Origin: Savitreella phatthalungensis
Lineage: Eukaryota
Direction of reading: 5' to 3'
Assembly: GCA_051599415.1 (NCBI GenBank)
Contig: AP039703.1
Location: forward strand, 248,001 to 312,000
Length of the DNA stretch: 64,000 nt
Positions 52,193 through 61,981 of this stretch are shown here, in pieces. The translations under genes and the position numbers were made by a program. Within the stretch, counting starts at the first letter, position 1; every line of letters begins with the position of its first letter. The notes under the pieces are model-generated. The model did not search any database. It worked only from the letters and a program-made list of their open reading frames with translations, and was not told the DNA's origin.

Positions 52193-53899
52193 ATGTCGAG
52201 CCTCACTCCTAAGCAACCGGGCTTCTTCCAGCGCATGCTGGGCAAGAAGGTTCTTGCCAAGCCCGCCGAGATTTTCAACATGTATCTCTTCATCGGATGT
52301 CTCACATTCGGTGTGCTCGGTGCAGCACGTGGTTTCGACGAGGGCAACGTCTCCAACATGCTTAACTCGAAGAACTTCAAGTCGACCTTTGGCCTCGTTG
52401 TCAACAAGACCACGACCAAGGCTCAGGTCGCCGCCATTTCCGGAAACATTTCCGGCATGGTCCAGATCGCCTCCATCGGAGGCTCGCTCTTTGCTTTCCT
52501 CTTCAACGACCGTGTTGGTCGTGTCTGGACTCTCCGTGGCCTCTGTCTCCTGTGGATTGCCGGCGTCGTCACTCAGATTACCTCGCACTCTCTCGGTCAG
52601 CTTTACGCCGGTCGCGTTCTCTCTGGTTTCGGAATCGGCGCAACCACCGTGACTGGACCAACCTACCTCGTCGAGCTGGCTGACCCGTCTTTCCGTGGTC
52701 TCGCAGTCGGTGTCTTCTCCGGCTCTGTCTACCTCGGTATCGCTCTCTCATACGCTGCAACTTATGGCTCTACACTTCACCAGACAGGTCGCATCCAATG
52801 GCAGATTCCGTTCACCCTGCAGATCATGTTTGCGGGTATCTCGATCATCCTATCATTCTTCGCCGTCGAGTCTCCCCGCTACTACTTCCTGCGCAACAAC
52901 GAGGAACAGGGCATCAAGAATCTGCTTAAGATTCGTCAGCTCCCTCGTGAACACCCATACATCGTTGACGAAATCGACACGATTCGCGCAGGTATCAAGG
53001 CACAGCGCGATGCATACGCAGGACAGTCCCTGACCAAGCGCGCACTCAAGATCTTCTCCACCCCTGCCAACCGTTACCGTCTGATCGCCATTGGTTTCAT
53101 GTCTCAGGCTCTCGGTCAATGGTCTGGTGCTAACTCCATCACCCTCTACGCACCCCAGTACTTCTCCTTGCTCGGCATTACGGGACAGGAGACGAAGCTG
53201 TTTGCCACCCTCATCTTCGGTATCGTCAAGCTGATCGCTTCGATCGCCTGCGCTGTCTTCCTGGTCGACCGTATCGGCCGTAAGCGTTCGCTCTACATCG
53301 GTGTGACCATTCAGTTCCTCACCATGTTCTACATTGCCACCCTCACTGCCGCCGTGCCATCGCTCCAGACTGGAAAGATCGAGTCGAACGGTGTTCGGGC
53401 TGCATCGACTATTGGTATCATCGGTATCTACCTCAACGGTGCTGGCTGGGCTATGGGCTTCAACTCGCTTCAGTACGTCATTGCAGCTGAGGTCTGGCCT
53501 CTTGACCTGCGTGCTCTGGGCAACTCGATCATCATGGCTGCACACTTCATCCTCCAGTGGTCGAACTCGAAGGCTGTCCCCGTTGCGCTGCTCACTCGCG
53601 AGGAGGGCGGTATCACCCCTGCTGGAACATTCTACCTGATGGCCACTGTCTGTGCGCTCGCCCTCATCTACTGCTACTTCTTCCTGCCAGAGCTTGCAGG
53701 ACACTCGCTCGAGTCGATGGAGGCTATCTTCTCTGGACCATGGTGGAAGATTGGTCGCCAGTTCGCTCGCCAGGACCTCCGCGACCGTCCTGCCGTCCTC
53801 GCCACCGACGACAACGCAGACGAGAACTCGCTTTACGACATCAAGAACGAGAAGCCAGAGGTTGTCATGGTCGAGGACTCTGCCGTGCGCAAAGCCTAA
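52193..53899 (+). CDS. MFS sugar-porter family transporter, quinate-permease-like
   Basis: RGFDEG, DRVGR, GRVLSGFGIG, YLVELA..RG, ESPRY, QWSGANSITLYAP, DRIGRKR, AEVWPL..R, PELAGHSLE; 12-TM pattern. Confidence 0.92.
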   Translation: MSSLTPKQPGFFQRMLGKKVLAKPAEIFNMYLFIGCLTFGVLGAARGFDEGNVSNMLNSKNFKSTFGLVVNKTTTKAQVAAISGNISGMVQIASIGGSLFAFLFNDRVGRVWTLRGLCLLWIAGVVTQITSHSLGQLYAGRVLSGFGIGATTVTGPTYLVELADPSFRGLAVGVFSGSVYLGIALSYAATYGSTLHQTGRIQWQIPFTLQIMFAGISIILSFFAVESPRYYFLRNNEEQGIKNLLKIRQLPREHPYIVDEIDTIRAGIKAQRDAYAGQSLTKRALKIFSTPANRYRLIAIGFMSQALGQWSGANSITLYAPQYFSLLGITGQETKLFATLIFGIVKLIASIACAVFLVDRIGRKRSLYIGVTIQFLTMFYIATLTAAVPSLQTGKIESNGVRAASTIGIIGIYLNGAGWAMGFNSLQYVIAAEVWPLDLRALGNSIIMAAHFILQWSNSKAVPVALLTREEGGITPAGTFYLMATVCALALIYCYFFLPELAGHSLESMEAIFSGPWWKIGRQFARQDLRDRPAVLATDDNADENSLYDIKNEKPEVVMVEDSAVRKA

Positions 53900-54572
53900 G
53901 CGAGTGCATCATAGAAATCACTCGACCCAACGACTTGCCATCATGGCTTTTTCACCCTGTACACTTCCAGTTCATTTCACTTCCTTCTCTTCTCCATCTT
54001 GCAATAGAGGAGAGGAGACACTAGCTTAGGAGTGCTTTCCGGCCTTCTCTACAGTACTTGTCACGTAGATTTATCACGTACTGATATTCGAACATACATC
54101 GTGTCATCAGATTTGAACTCAATGCTTCTTCTAGCCTCCACTGACTGTTCCTTCGAGTGCATCGAGCGTCTTAGACTGATGTCGGTAGACTCGATCTGAT
54201 TAGATACATGGCCGTTGACAATCACATGCAATTTTCTTATAACTCGCACGATCGAAAGTACTTTAGGCAGTATTCAATAGGATTTCAAATAATCTTAAAT
54301 TGTTAGCCTCTTAAGTCAAATGTGGTGCTTTCTAATGTAGTTCCAGTCATTGCAATGAAAAATCCAGGCTAATGAGATTCAGAAGCTGAGGAGCGTCAGT
54401 ACGGATTGTTTGAGTGAGTGGGGCTCGAACTGGGGTTCAGGATCACGCACGCACCTGACGCCTACGCAAGTCAACATTTCCAGCACACACCTACGCAAAC
54501 CATCGTTCCAAAGGCGCTGCCTAGTCATCAGAACAGATTGACCAATATCGATCCACTCTCACTGCATCTACC

Positions 54573-55796
54573 ATGCCCGCAGAGTACGATATCGCTGTTG
54601 TCGGCGCCACCGGGTTCACCGGCAAGCTTGTCGCTCGCTACCTTGTGAAGTCTGGTCCACGGAACCTGAAGTGGTGTGTGGTCGGTCGATCACAGGCAAA
54701 GCTGAACGATGTGGTGGATGAGCTGAAGTCGATCGCCGGGAATGACACGGCAGTGGCCAGCAAGCCTGGACTCCTCGTCGCCGACACGTCGAAGGACGCA
54801 GACTGCGACAAGATCGCCAACCACGCTCGAGTCGTCCTGACGACCGTCGGACCGTATGCACTGTACGGCGAGCAGCTGATCAGGGCATGTGCTCGAAACG
54901 GTACGCACTACTGCGATCTCACAGGCGAGTTGCCATGGTACCGGAAGATGCTGCTGGCGTACGGTGAGGATGCGAAGAAGTCAGGAGCAGTGCTCGTCCC
55001 GTGCTCCGGCTTCGACAGCGTCCCTGTCGATATCGCCAACTGGCTGGTTGCTAAGACTGTGCGCGAGCGGTTCGACGGCGCAGGCACGACAGATGCGAGG
55101 ACCGTGATCGAGAAGGTCCAAGGCGGCGTGTCTGGCGGTACGCTGGCGAGCGCGATCGGCCTCATGGAGACTTTCTCCCTCACGGAAGTCCAGGCAGCGC
55201 ATTCCCCCAACGGCATCATCGATGCACAGACACGAGGATCTCCAGCTACGCCACGCGTCAAGTGGGAGCCTGAGCTCAAGCGATGGACTTCCTCATGGCT
55301 AGGTGACAACGTTGATGGAAATGTGTCCCGCCGAAGTGCTCACCTGCTCGGTGGGTATGGCTCGCGCTGGGCGACACGGGGCTCGCTCGCCGTGACGAGC
55401 TGGTGGCGTGCAGCGATGATGTGGTATCTGACCGTGACCGGCGGCATCATGTTGGCCATCCCACCTGTAAGATGGGCACTCAAGAAGCTCGTCACACAAC
55501 CAGGCTTCGGTCCATCGGAAGAGCAGCTCGACAATGGATTCCTGAAGCTCCGTGGGTACGGTGCATCTGACCGCAACCCATCAAGGGACAAGGTCTCTGT
55601 CACGATCCACGGCAAGGGTGATCCAGGCTACAAGATGACTGCTCGGTTCATCGCTGCTGTGGCCATCACGCTCGCCTACGATCTCGAGAAGACGGTGGCT
55701 GGCAAACTTGGCGGAGGATTCGCCACCCCTGCAACCTTAGGTGAGCAGCTTGTAAAGCGCCTCGAGGACGCAGAGGTCCATGTCGAGGTCGATTGA
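54573..55796 (+). CDS. Saccharopine dehydrogenase-like oxidoreductase (SCCPDH / trans-acting enoyl reductase family)
   Basis: YDIAVVGATGFTG, GRSQAKL, TTVGPYALYGE, HYCDLTGE, GFDSVP, SGGTLAS, PGFGPS, GDPGY, GGFATPA. Confidence 0.9.
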   Translation: MPAEYDIAVVGATGFTGKLVARYLVKSGPRNLKWCVVGRSQAKLNDVVDELKSIAGNDTAVASKPGLLVADTSKDADCDKIANHARVVLTTVGPYALYGEQLIRACARNGTHYCDLTGELPWYRKMLLAYGEDAKKSGAVLVPCSGFDSVPVDIANWLVAKTVRERFDGAGTTDARTVIEKVQGGVSGGTLASAIGLMETFSLTEVQAAHSPNGIIDAQTRGSPATPRVKWEPELKRWTSSWLGDNVDGNVSRRSAHLLGGYGSRWATRGSLAVTSWWRAAMMWYLTVTGGIMLAIPPVRWALKKLVTQPGFGPSEEQLDNGFLKLRGYGASDRNPSRDKVSVTIHGKGDPGYKMTARFIAAVAITLAYDLEKTVAGKLGGGFATPATLGEQLVKRLEDAEVHVEVD

Positions 55797-56835
55797 ACAG
55801 CAGAGCATCCTGCAGGCACGAGATGAAATGAAAGCTATTTACAAAGCAAGACAAGGCAAGATAGCTATATGGTTTCAAATGCGCATAGATGAGCGGACAC
55901 AGGTCCTCAGCACCTAGAGATTGCTTGAGCGATGAAGAATCGCAAATTTCATTCAGGCAGATGAGTGGGCAAACTGAAGGTCTCAGGTGTCGTGTGATCA
56001 GAGAGGCTTGGAGAAGACCCGGTCATGACGATGTTGATAGACGGTGATCTGAAGGCAATACATTTGCAGGCATTTCCTTGTGCGTACACGTGCATGATAC
56101 AACTATGAACGAATTGATTGTCGTATATATGTGGTTGGGTGGTTGAGCACATGTATATATGTATGAGTATAGTCTGTGCATAGATCGTCTATGCATATGG
56201 TCTAGGTCTATGCATAAATGATCCAATCCATCTATACAGATTATTAGAATTGATCCAGCGATGGCTAAATCCATGCAGCGATATATTGTATCTGGGGATC
56301 CGTTCTATATATGCAATATTAGGCATCTAATGTAAATACTTTATTAAGGTCATATATTGCAATTCATTGAGTCGGAAGGCAAAAGACAAGGGCATGCGCA
56401 CGAGCACGAGCAGAGATCAAAAGATGCAGACAATATATGCATGATATACACATGCAATATTCATATGCAGTCCATATCGATACACCACTCAAAAAGCCAA
56501 TCACACAAAAGGGGTATACACTCACTCACTCACTCCATCACCTTAACACACAGCACACAGTCTCAGCCAAAGCACAAGTACAGGAAGCGGCAGCTTAGAG
56601 GATCATTCTACGATCGCATCTCTCTAATCTCTTATCAAGTACTCAAGAAATCTGTTGCTCTCATAACGACAAAAAGCTGTATTATTTGGCTCATTCGCAT
56701 CCGTGTACCTGGGCGCATATCTCATCAGCAAGCACGGCAGGCCCATCACGTCATTCCCCTTCCAAGGTCAGCTCCAGTCATGACGTTGCTCTGCAACAGC
56801 TAGACTAGCCAAAGAGCGCGCGCTCATCAACAGAC

Positions 56836-59800
56836 ATGGACTTCATCGATGACAACATATCGGCTTATGCCAAGCTCGAGTTTCCTGACTTCAGTTTCTT
56901 CATTCAGACTCTCACCTTGATTATCGGTCGGAAGGCAAAAGCGCATGACAACGTCGACGTGCATCTCGGCGGGAGCAAAGCAATCTCCCGAAATCACGCG
57001 CGCATCTACTATCACTTTGCATCGACAAACTGGGAAGTCGAAGTGCTCGGCAAGAACGGTTGCTTCGTCAACGATCGATACATCGAAGCAGGTGGGCGCA
57101 CGGAACTCAGATCCAACGATCGCATCCAGATCGCTGAGGTCGGCTTTGTCTTCCTCCTGCCTGATGGCAACGATTTGTTGTCATTGCCGCTCGCGCTTGA
57201 CTTTGGCGGCGTGGACCCGCTTAAGGGAGCACTCGCAGATCCTGCGGCCATCGCTGCAGCGGCATTCAGCGGCACGTCAACGCCATTCGATCCGGTCGAT
57301 CTCGCCACGACAGCGCAATTTAGCGATCTCCTCAACATCGATCCCTCTAAATTGTCAGGCGACCCTCTGCTTCTCGATTACGGCATCCCACCGGCGGCAT
57401 TACATGCACCTCTTCCGACCACACCGCTGCCGCTACTAGACCCCGTGGTCCCAATAGCTCCAACACCGGCACCTGCCACAACGACCAAGAAGGCTCCGCG
57501 CAAGAAAGCAGCAAAGACCGAGAAGGAGAAGGCAGAGAAGGCGGCGGCAGCAGCAGCAGCAGTATCTGCAGCTGCAGCGACTGTCGCTTCCAACGCTGCT
57601 GCTGCAACAGCAGCAGCAAAGGCTGCAGAGGAGGCTCGTGTCGCCACCAGCGCAGCTACCAGCAGCGCTCCGACACCAAAGGTCACAAAGGCGAAGAAAG
57701 GGACGAAGAAAAAATCGAATGCGAAGCAACCACAGCAAGAGCAGCCGCAGGAGCAGCTAGATCTGCATGAGAATCTCGCAATCCCGTCACTTGATGACCT
57801 GGCCATGGCCGATGCGCTCCTAGCAGCTGAAGCCGCCAGCGTGGGAGATGATATCGAACCACTGGACGCCAAGACGCTTGAAGCTTTGATGAACCAGGAC
57901 TTTAGCGCTGCCATTCCTACGCTGCCAAACGCCACATTCCCAGGCGCCCTACTACCGCCGACCTTGCCGCAGCCACTCAGTGCACAGGACCAAGCGGCCT
58001 CGAGGCTTCATCAGGCTAAGTTAAAGCGCCAAGCTGACATCGAGGAGCAGGGTCTCAAGCTTCCGCCACCAGAATCTGATCTCAACGTAATCGCCAGCTT
58101 CACAAAGCCACCAGCTTCTCTCGCCGTACTCATATACAGTGCCATCAGCAGCCATCCGAAGCACAAGATGACACTTCTCCAGATTTGCAAGTGGATCTGC
58201 ATCAATCATCCCTTCTACCGCTATTGTCACGACGGCTGGCCTCAGGCCATCAGGCAACAACTCTCTCTAGACAAGGCCTTTCGCCGCATACCCCGGACAG
58301 AAGAAGAGCCCGGCAAGGGTTCCTTCTGGGGTGTAGAAGCAGAATCCGAGGCCTCTTTCGCTGGCAGTGTCCCGGAGAAGACAGACAAGGCGAGCATGCT
58401 GCCAGGTGTGCATGGCAATCCCGTGGTGTGGAAGGACGGTCGCTTAGTCCTGAGCACAGGATTCTTCCGGAATGGGCTGCATGAGAAGGCTGAGGCAGCC
58501 GTGAGATTGATTCGTTCCGCTGTACAAAAGCAATTTGGTGGACCTGCAGCACCGCCGCACAAGGTGGAGAAAGTCGTGCGTCTGCTATCTCTCGCGGTTT
58601 CTGTTCACCTACGCAAGGCCGCACACGAAGCGGTCGAAATGAAAGCGCAACGCGAAAAGACGGCGGCGGCCGTCGCTGCCGCCACAGCAGCTGTGGCGGC
58701 GAATGTTGCGCCAGCAGGCGCCAGTTCCGTGCAGGCAACGCCTTCTAAGGTCGTCCCACAGACCCCTGCGACTGGACCGAAGTCCTCTCCAGCAACAGTC
58801 ACTGTTCCGCGAGCCGGCACCAATGGCGGCGTCCACAATCCAGCAGTGCCTCTGACAACAGCTCAGATTCAAGGCCTTCAGCAGACGCCGACGAAAGCAG
58901 CGACCGTTGTCGGGGTCGCGCAAAGGCTGCCGGCCAATGGTATCTCCCTACCGGTCACCTCGAGCACGTCTAATCGCACCGTGCAGACACAAACGGCATC
59001 ACAGCAGTCGCGTCTGACAGCGTTGCAGCAGATGCAAGCTCTCCGAGGCGCGCCTGCCAATCGTCCTGCAGGTACCCCCGTTGCAGGTCCTTCGACCATG
59101 AACAACGGGAGCGCTGCGCGGTCATCTGCCTCTCCGATAGGCAGCAGTGCATCACCTCGCCCGGTCGGTGGCGCTTCAACCCAGAGCAATCCACTCAAAC
59201 GTGGCGCCGAAGGCTCTGCAGGGCAGTCTACGACGACTGCAGCCACAGGGCAGCACAAACCGACGTTCACGCCAGGCACGAGACCGCAACAAGCGACAGT
59301 CGTCGGCGGCGCTCGTCCGGTTACTGTCGTCGGCGGTGCAAGGCCTGTTGGCAAGCCTGGAACGCCAATGAGCGTCACAATCAGTCAGCAGGTTCGTCCT
59401 GCAGGCGTGAGCTCACCAGCATTGGCCAGACCTGCCCAGACTTCAACAACTCCAGCCTCGCAACAGCAACGTGTCACTGTGTCAGTGGCCGGCCCAAGCC
59501 CGCGTAAACCTGGCATGCCTGTCAACAGGCCAGTCACCACAGCGGGTACAGCATCGCAGCCGCAGCAGAGAATGGTCGTCAACACCGTCACGAAACCTGC
59601 GGGCGCACCGCAGGCGCATGTTTCAGGCGCGCGACCAGTCAACGCAAATTCTACCCAGACTCAGGCACAGGGAGCGCGGACGGTCCAGGTCGTTGGAGGA
59701 GCAACAGTGGTGAATCGGCCACCAGGCGCAGTGACGACAGTTGCAGGTGCGGCGCGACCTATAGGCCAGCAGCAGCGACCAGCGCAAGCGGGCCCGGTGC

Positions 59801-60618
59801 GCGTTGCTGGTACTCCGACGCAAACATCGACACCTGCTCGTTCCACGGCGGCAGTCGTTACACAACCCAATGTCACGCGACCACCGGCAGCTGCTGCAGG
59901 AGCTATGCAGAAGCCCAACATAGCGCGTCCTGCAGGACCCCTTACGCAATCGCAGCAGGTGCAGCAAACTGGTGGAACTGCAGGCGGTACCAAACCTTCA
60001 GTCCAGCCTACACGTGCGCCGAGTAGCGGCATACCCACAAGTACAGTACAAGGACAGCCACAAAGGCCGGCAAATGTTGCCTCGCAAGGTGCCAAACCAT
60101 CGGTCGCCTCCAGCACAAGCAGCACTCCGGGCGCTGCGCCTGCTGCGCGTCCAGTGCAAGCGGCCACGACCGCCACGACGGCCAAGTCCGATGCAGCAGC
60201 AACGACAACAGCCCAGAAACCATCTCAGGCGCAGGCTCCTGTCCCGGCCGGCAGGACGCCGGCACAAGCGCCGCCAAGGCCAGCGGTGGGGCCCAGTACA
60301 GGTAAAGCAAACACGCCTTCTGTCCCTGTTCCTGCTACGCCAGCGGTGTCAACGAAACCCACGCCTGTCACTGCTCCTGTGCCAGCTCCTGCCACTGCCA
60401 CTGTTCCTGTGCCGTCGAAGCCGGCAGGCACAGCTACTGTGCAGCCATCGCAGCCTCAGGCTCAATCCGAACCAGTTGCTCACATCAAGGCCAGCGCTCC
60501 ACCACCGCCTGTCACTACGCCAGCAACTGCTGTGCCCATCACCTCTTCGACTTCGCCCACTACGACAACCACAGCAACCACGACGACGACCGAGCAGCAG
60601 GCTGCTGAGCCGTCATAG
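56836..60618 (+). CDS. FHL1: FHA plus forkhead transcription factor, Fhl1-like, with a very long A/P/Q/T low-complexity C-terminus
   Basis: AYAKLEF..FFIQTL..IIGRK, ISRNHARI, LGKNGCFVN (FHA). Forkhead KPPASLAVLIYSAI...MTL..I..WI...PFY...W...IR..LSL..AF.RIPR..PGKGSFW at about 58105-58335. Confidence 0.8.
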   Translation: MDFIDDNISAYAKLEFPDFSFFIQTLTLIIGRKAKAHDNVDVHLGGSKAISRNHARIYYHFASTNWEVEVLGKNGCFVNDRYIEAGGRTELRSNDRIQIAEVGFVFLLPDGNDLLSLPLALDFGGVDPLKGALADPAAIAAAAFSGTSTPFDPVDLATTAQFSDLLNIDPSKLSGDPLLLDYGIPPAALHAPLPTTPLPLLDPVVPIAPTPAPATTTKKAPRKKAAKTEKEKAEKAAAAAAAVSAAAATVASNAAAATAAAKAAEEARVATSAATSSAPTPKVTKAKKGTKKKSNAKQPQQEQPQEQLDLHENLAIPSLDDLAMADALLAAEAASVGDDIEPLDAKTLEALMNQDFSAAIPTLPNATFPGALLPPTLPQPLSAQDQAASRLHQAKLKRQADIEEQGLKLPPPESDLNVIASFTKPPASLAVLIYSAISSHPKHKMTLLQICKWICINHPFYRYCHDGWPQAIRQQLSLDKAFRRIPRTEEEPGKGSFWGVEAESEASFAGSVPEKTDKASMLPGVHGNPVVWKDGRLVLSTGFFRNGLHEKAEAAVRLIRSAVQKQFGGPAAPPHKVEKVVRLLSLAVSVHLRKAAHEAVEMKAQREKTAAAVAAATAAVAANVAPAGASSVQATPSKVVPQTPATGPKSSPATVTVPRAGTNGGVHNPAVPLTTAQIQGLQQTPTKAATVVGVAQRLPANGISLPVTSSTSNRTVQTQTASQQSRLTALQQMQALRGAPANRPAGTPVAGPSTMNNGSAARSSASPIGSSASPRPVGGASTQSNPLKRGAEGSAGQSTTTAATGQHKPTFTPGTRPQQATVVGGARPVTVVGGARPVGKPGTPMSVTISQQVRPAGVSSPALARPAQTSTTPASQQQRVTVSVAGPSPRKPGMPVNRPVTTAGTASQPQQRMVVNTVTKPAGAPQAHVSGARPVNANSTQTQAQGARTVQVVGGATVVNRPPGAVTTVAGAARPIGQQQRPAQAGPVRVAGTPTQTSTPARSTAAVVTQPNVTRPPAAAAGAMQKPNIARPAGPLTQSQQVQQTGGTAGGTKPSVQPTRAPSSGIPTSTVQGQPQRPANVASQGAKPSVASSTSSTPGAAPAARPVQAATTATTAKSDAAATTTAQKPSQAQAPVPAGRTPAQAPPRPAVGPSTGKANTPSVPVPATPAVSTKPTPVTAPVPAPATATVPVPSKPAGTATVQPSQPQAQSEPVAHIKASAPPPPVTTPATAVPITSSTSPTTTTTATTTTTEQQAAEPS

Positions 60619-60825
60619 CCCGCCAAGCCCCGCTACGAAACCTCGCTTGCGGTCAAGGTCACGGACATGAGACCAGGGCAATGTACTATGGGATAGAGAG
60701 CGGTGGGAGAATGGTGTCGAAGACTCATATATGGTCGGTGCTATATCTATCAATCAATCATTCATGAAATATCGTGCCTGCAGCCAGAGCATCAAGTCGT
60801 GTCGTGTCGTATTGCGTGTGCTGAT

Positions 60826-61557
60826 TTAGTCCACAGGCAAATCAGGCGAAGTTGTCTGTCGCCGTTGCCTCGTCCTGATGATTTCCGGGCTCGGTGGGTT
60901 ACCTGCACGAGGCGTACGTGTGCGCTTGGCTCTGGACGTCGATGTATCTGCAGGGCCACCTGCGACATCCACACCGTCGTCGCCGTCCGTCTTAGCTGCA
61001 GCAGCAGGGCGTGTCCGCTTACCTCTCGCTCTACTCGCCGTCGCGGCCGCAGCGTTCTCAGCCTGCTGTTCTACCAGCGCTCTCGCGCGAGCCTCCCTAG
61101 CGTCCATCAAATCCTTCCGGAGGATACTAAGTGGAACGAGCTGAGAGAGCTTGACGCGCCGCCTGCACACGGGACACACACCGACACTGCCACTCGGGTT
61201 TCTGTGGGACGGCGTGGAGTGTGCGATCTGGAGCTGTTGCGCAGAAGATTCGAGCGCAGCGGTGATACACGCGTGGCAGAACAAGTGCCCACACACCGTC
61301 GCAGTCAAATCCGTTGGCGTGTCCAGGCAGATGACGCACGACAGGTGCGATAGTCGTGGATCTGCAGGCGCAGGCCGCTTACCGCCACTCCCTTCGCCCA
61401 CACTCGCTTCACCTGTCAAGTCAGCCAAATCGGATGGCCCAGCGGTACTCGAGGCAGCAGCACCGTTGCCGACCTCATCGTCAGAGATAACGGCTAAGAA
61501 ATCGTCATCAGCGCTGTCGTCCGATGGGATGTCTATCACCTCGATTTGCGTGGTCAT
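60826..61557 (-). CDS. SIM-containing C3HC4 RING protein, SUMO-targeted ubiquitin ligase subunit (Rfp/Slx8/RNF4-like)
   Basis: N-terminal SIM-like IEVIDI and AVISDD next to acidic runs; CVICLD..TATVCGHLFCHACI...CPVCRR. Confidence 0.8.
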   Translation of the reverse strand: MTTQIEVIDIPSDDSADDDFLAVISDDEVGNGAAASSTAGPSDLADLTGEASVGEGSGGKRPAPADPRLSHLSCVICLDTPTDLTATVCGHLFCHACITAALESSAQQLQIAHSTPSHRNPSGSVGVCPVCRRRVKLSQLVPLSILRKDLMDAREARARALVEQQAENAAAATASRARGKRTRPAAAAKTDGDDGVDVAGGPADTSTSRAKRTRTPRAGNPPSPEIIRTRQRRQTTSPDLPVD

Positions 61558-61981
61558 CTATGTGATCGATGTCAACGTTGCGTCCTTCTCTCCTCGTTCT
61601 CTCAACCCACGATCGCCATCAGGCCACGGTGGCGACTGTACTGCGCGATCTTCAAGGCGTGGGCAACGGTCAGCGTAAGCTGAGTCGCTGGTGTAGAAGC
61701 TGACGTTGTACGAGACTGAGAGCAGACCAGGATGTCGTGCATGTGTTTGTGCTTTACCTGCAATTGCGTACGTACATATGCTGTCAGCCACTTGCCGTGA
61801 AAATACGAATGCACGATGATGAACGACGGCAGGACGCCAGAGGACTAGCACGACGTCCTTGTGGATAGCACTCGGCGTTGTACTACCTCCACTGCCAAGG
61901 GAGACGCGAAAGCCTACAGTGCATGAAGTTCTAGGGTCAAGGAGTCCATAGCAACAAGTTGGCGTCACGCCGGCGTCGCGC

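Noticed and set aside
56080..56480. AT-rich region with many ATGCAT/ATATAT palindromes upstream of the FHL1-like gene
   Set aside because: Only short imperfect inverted matches with no extended hairpin or element boundaries; consistent with ordinary promoter or terminator DNA.
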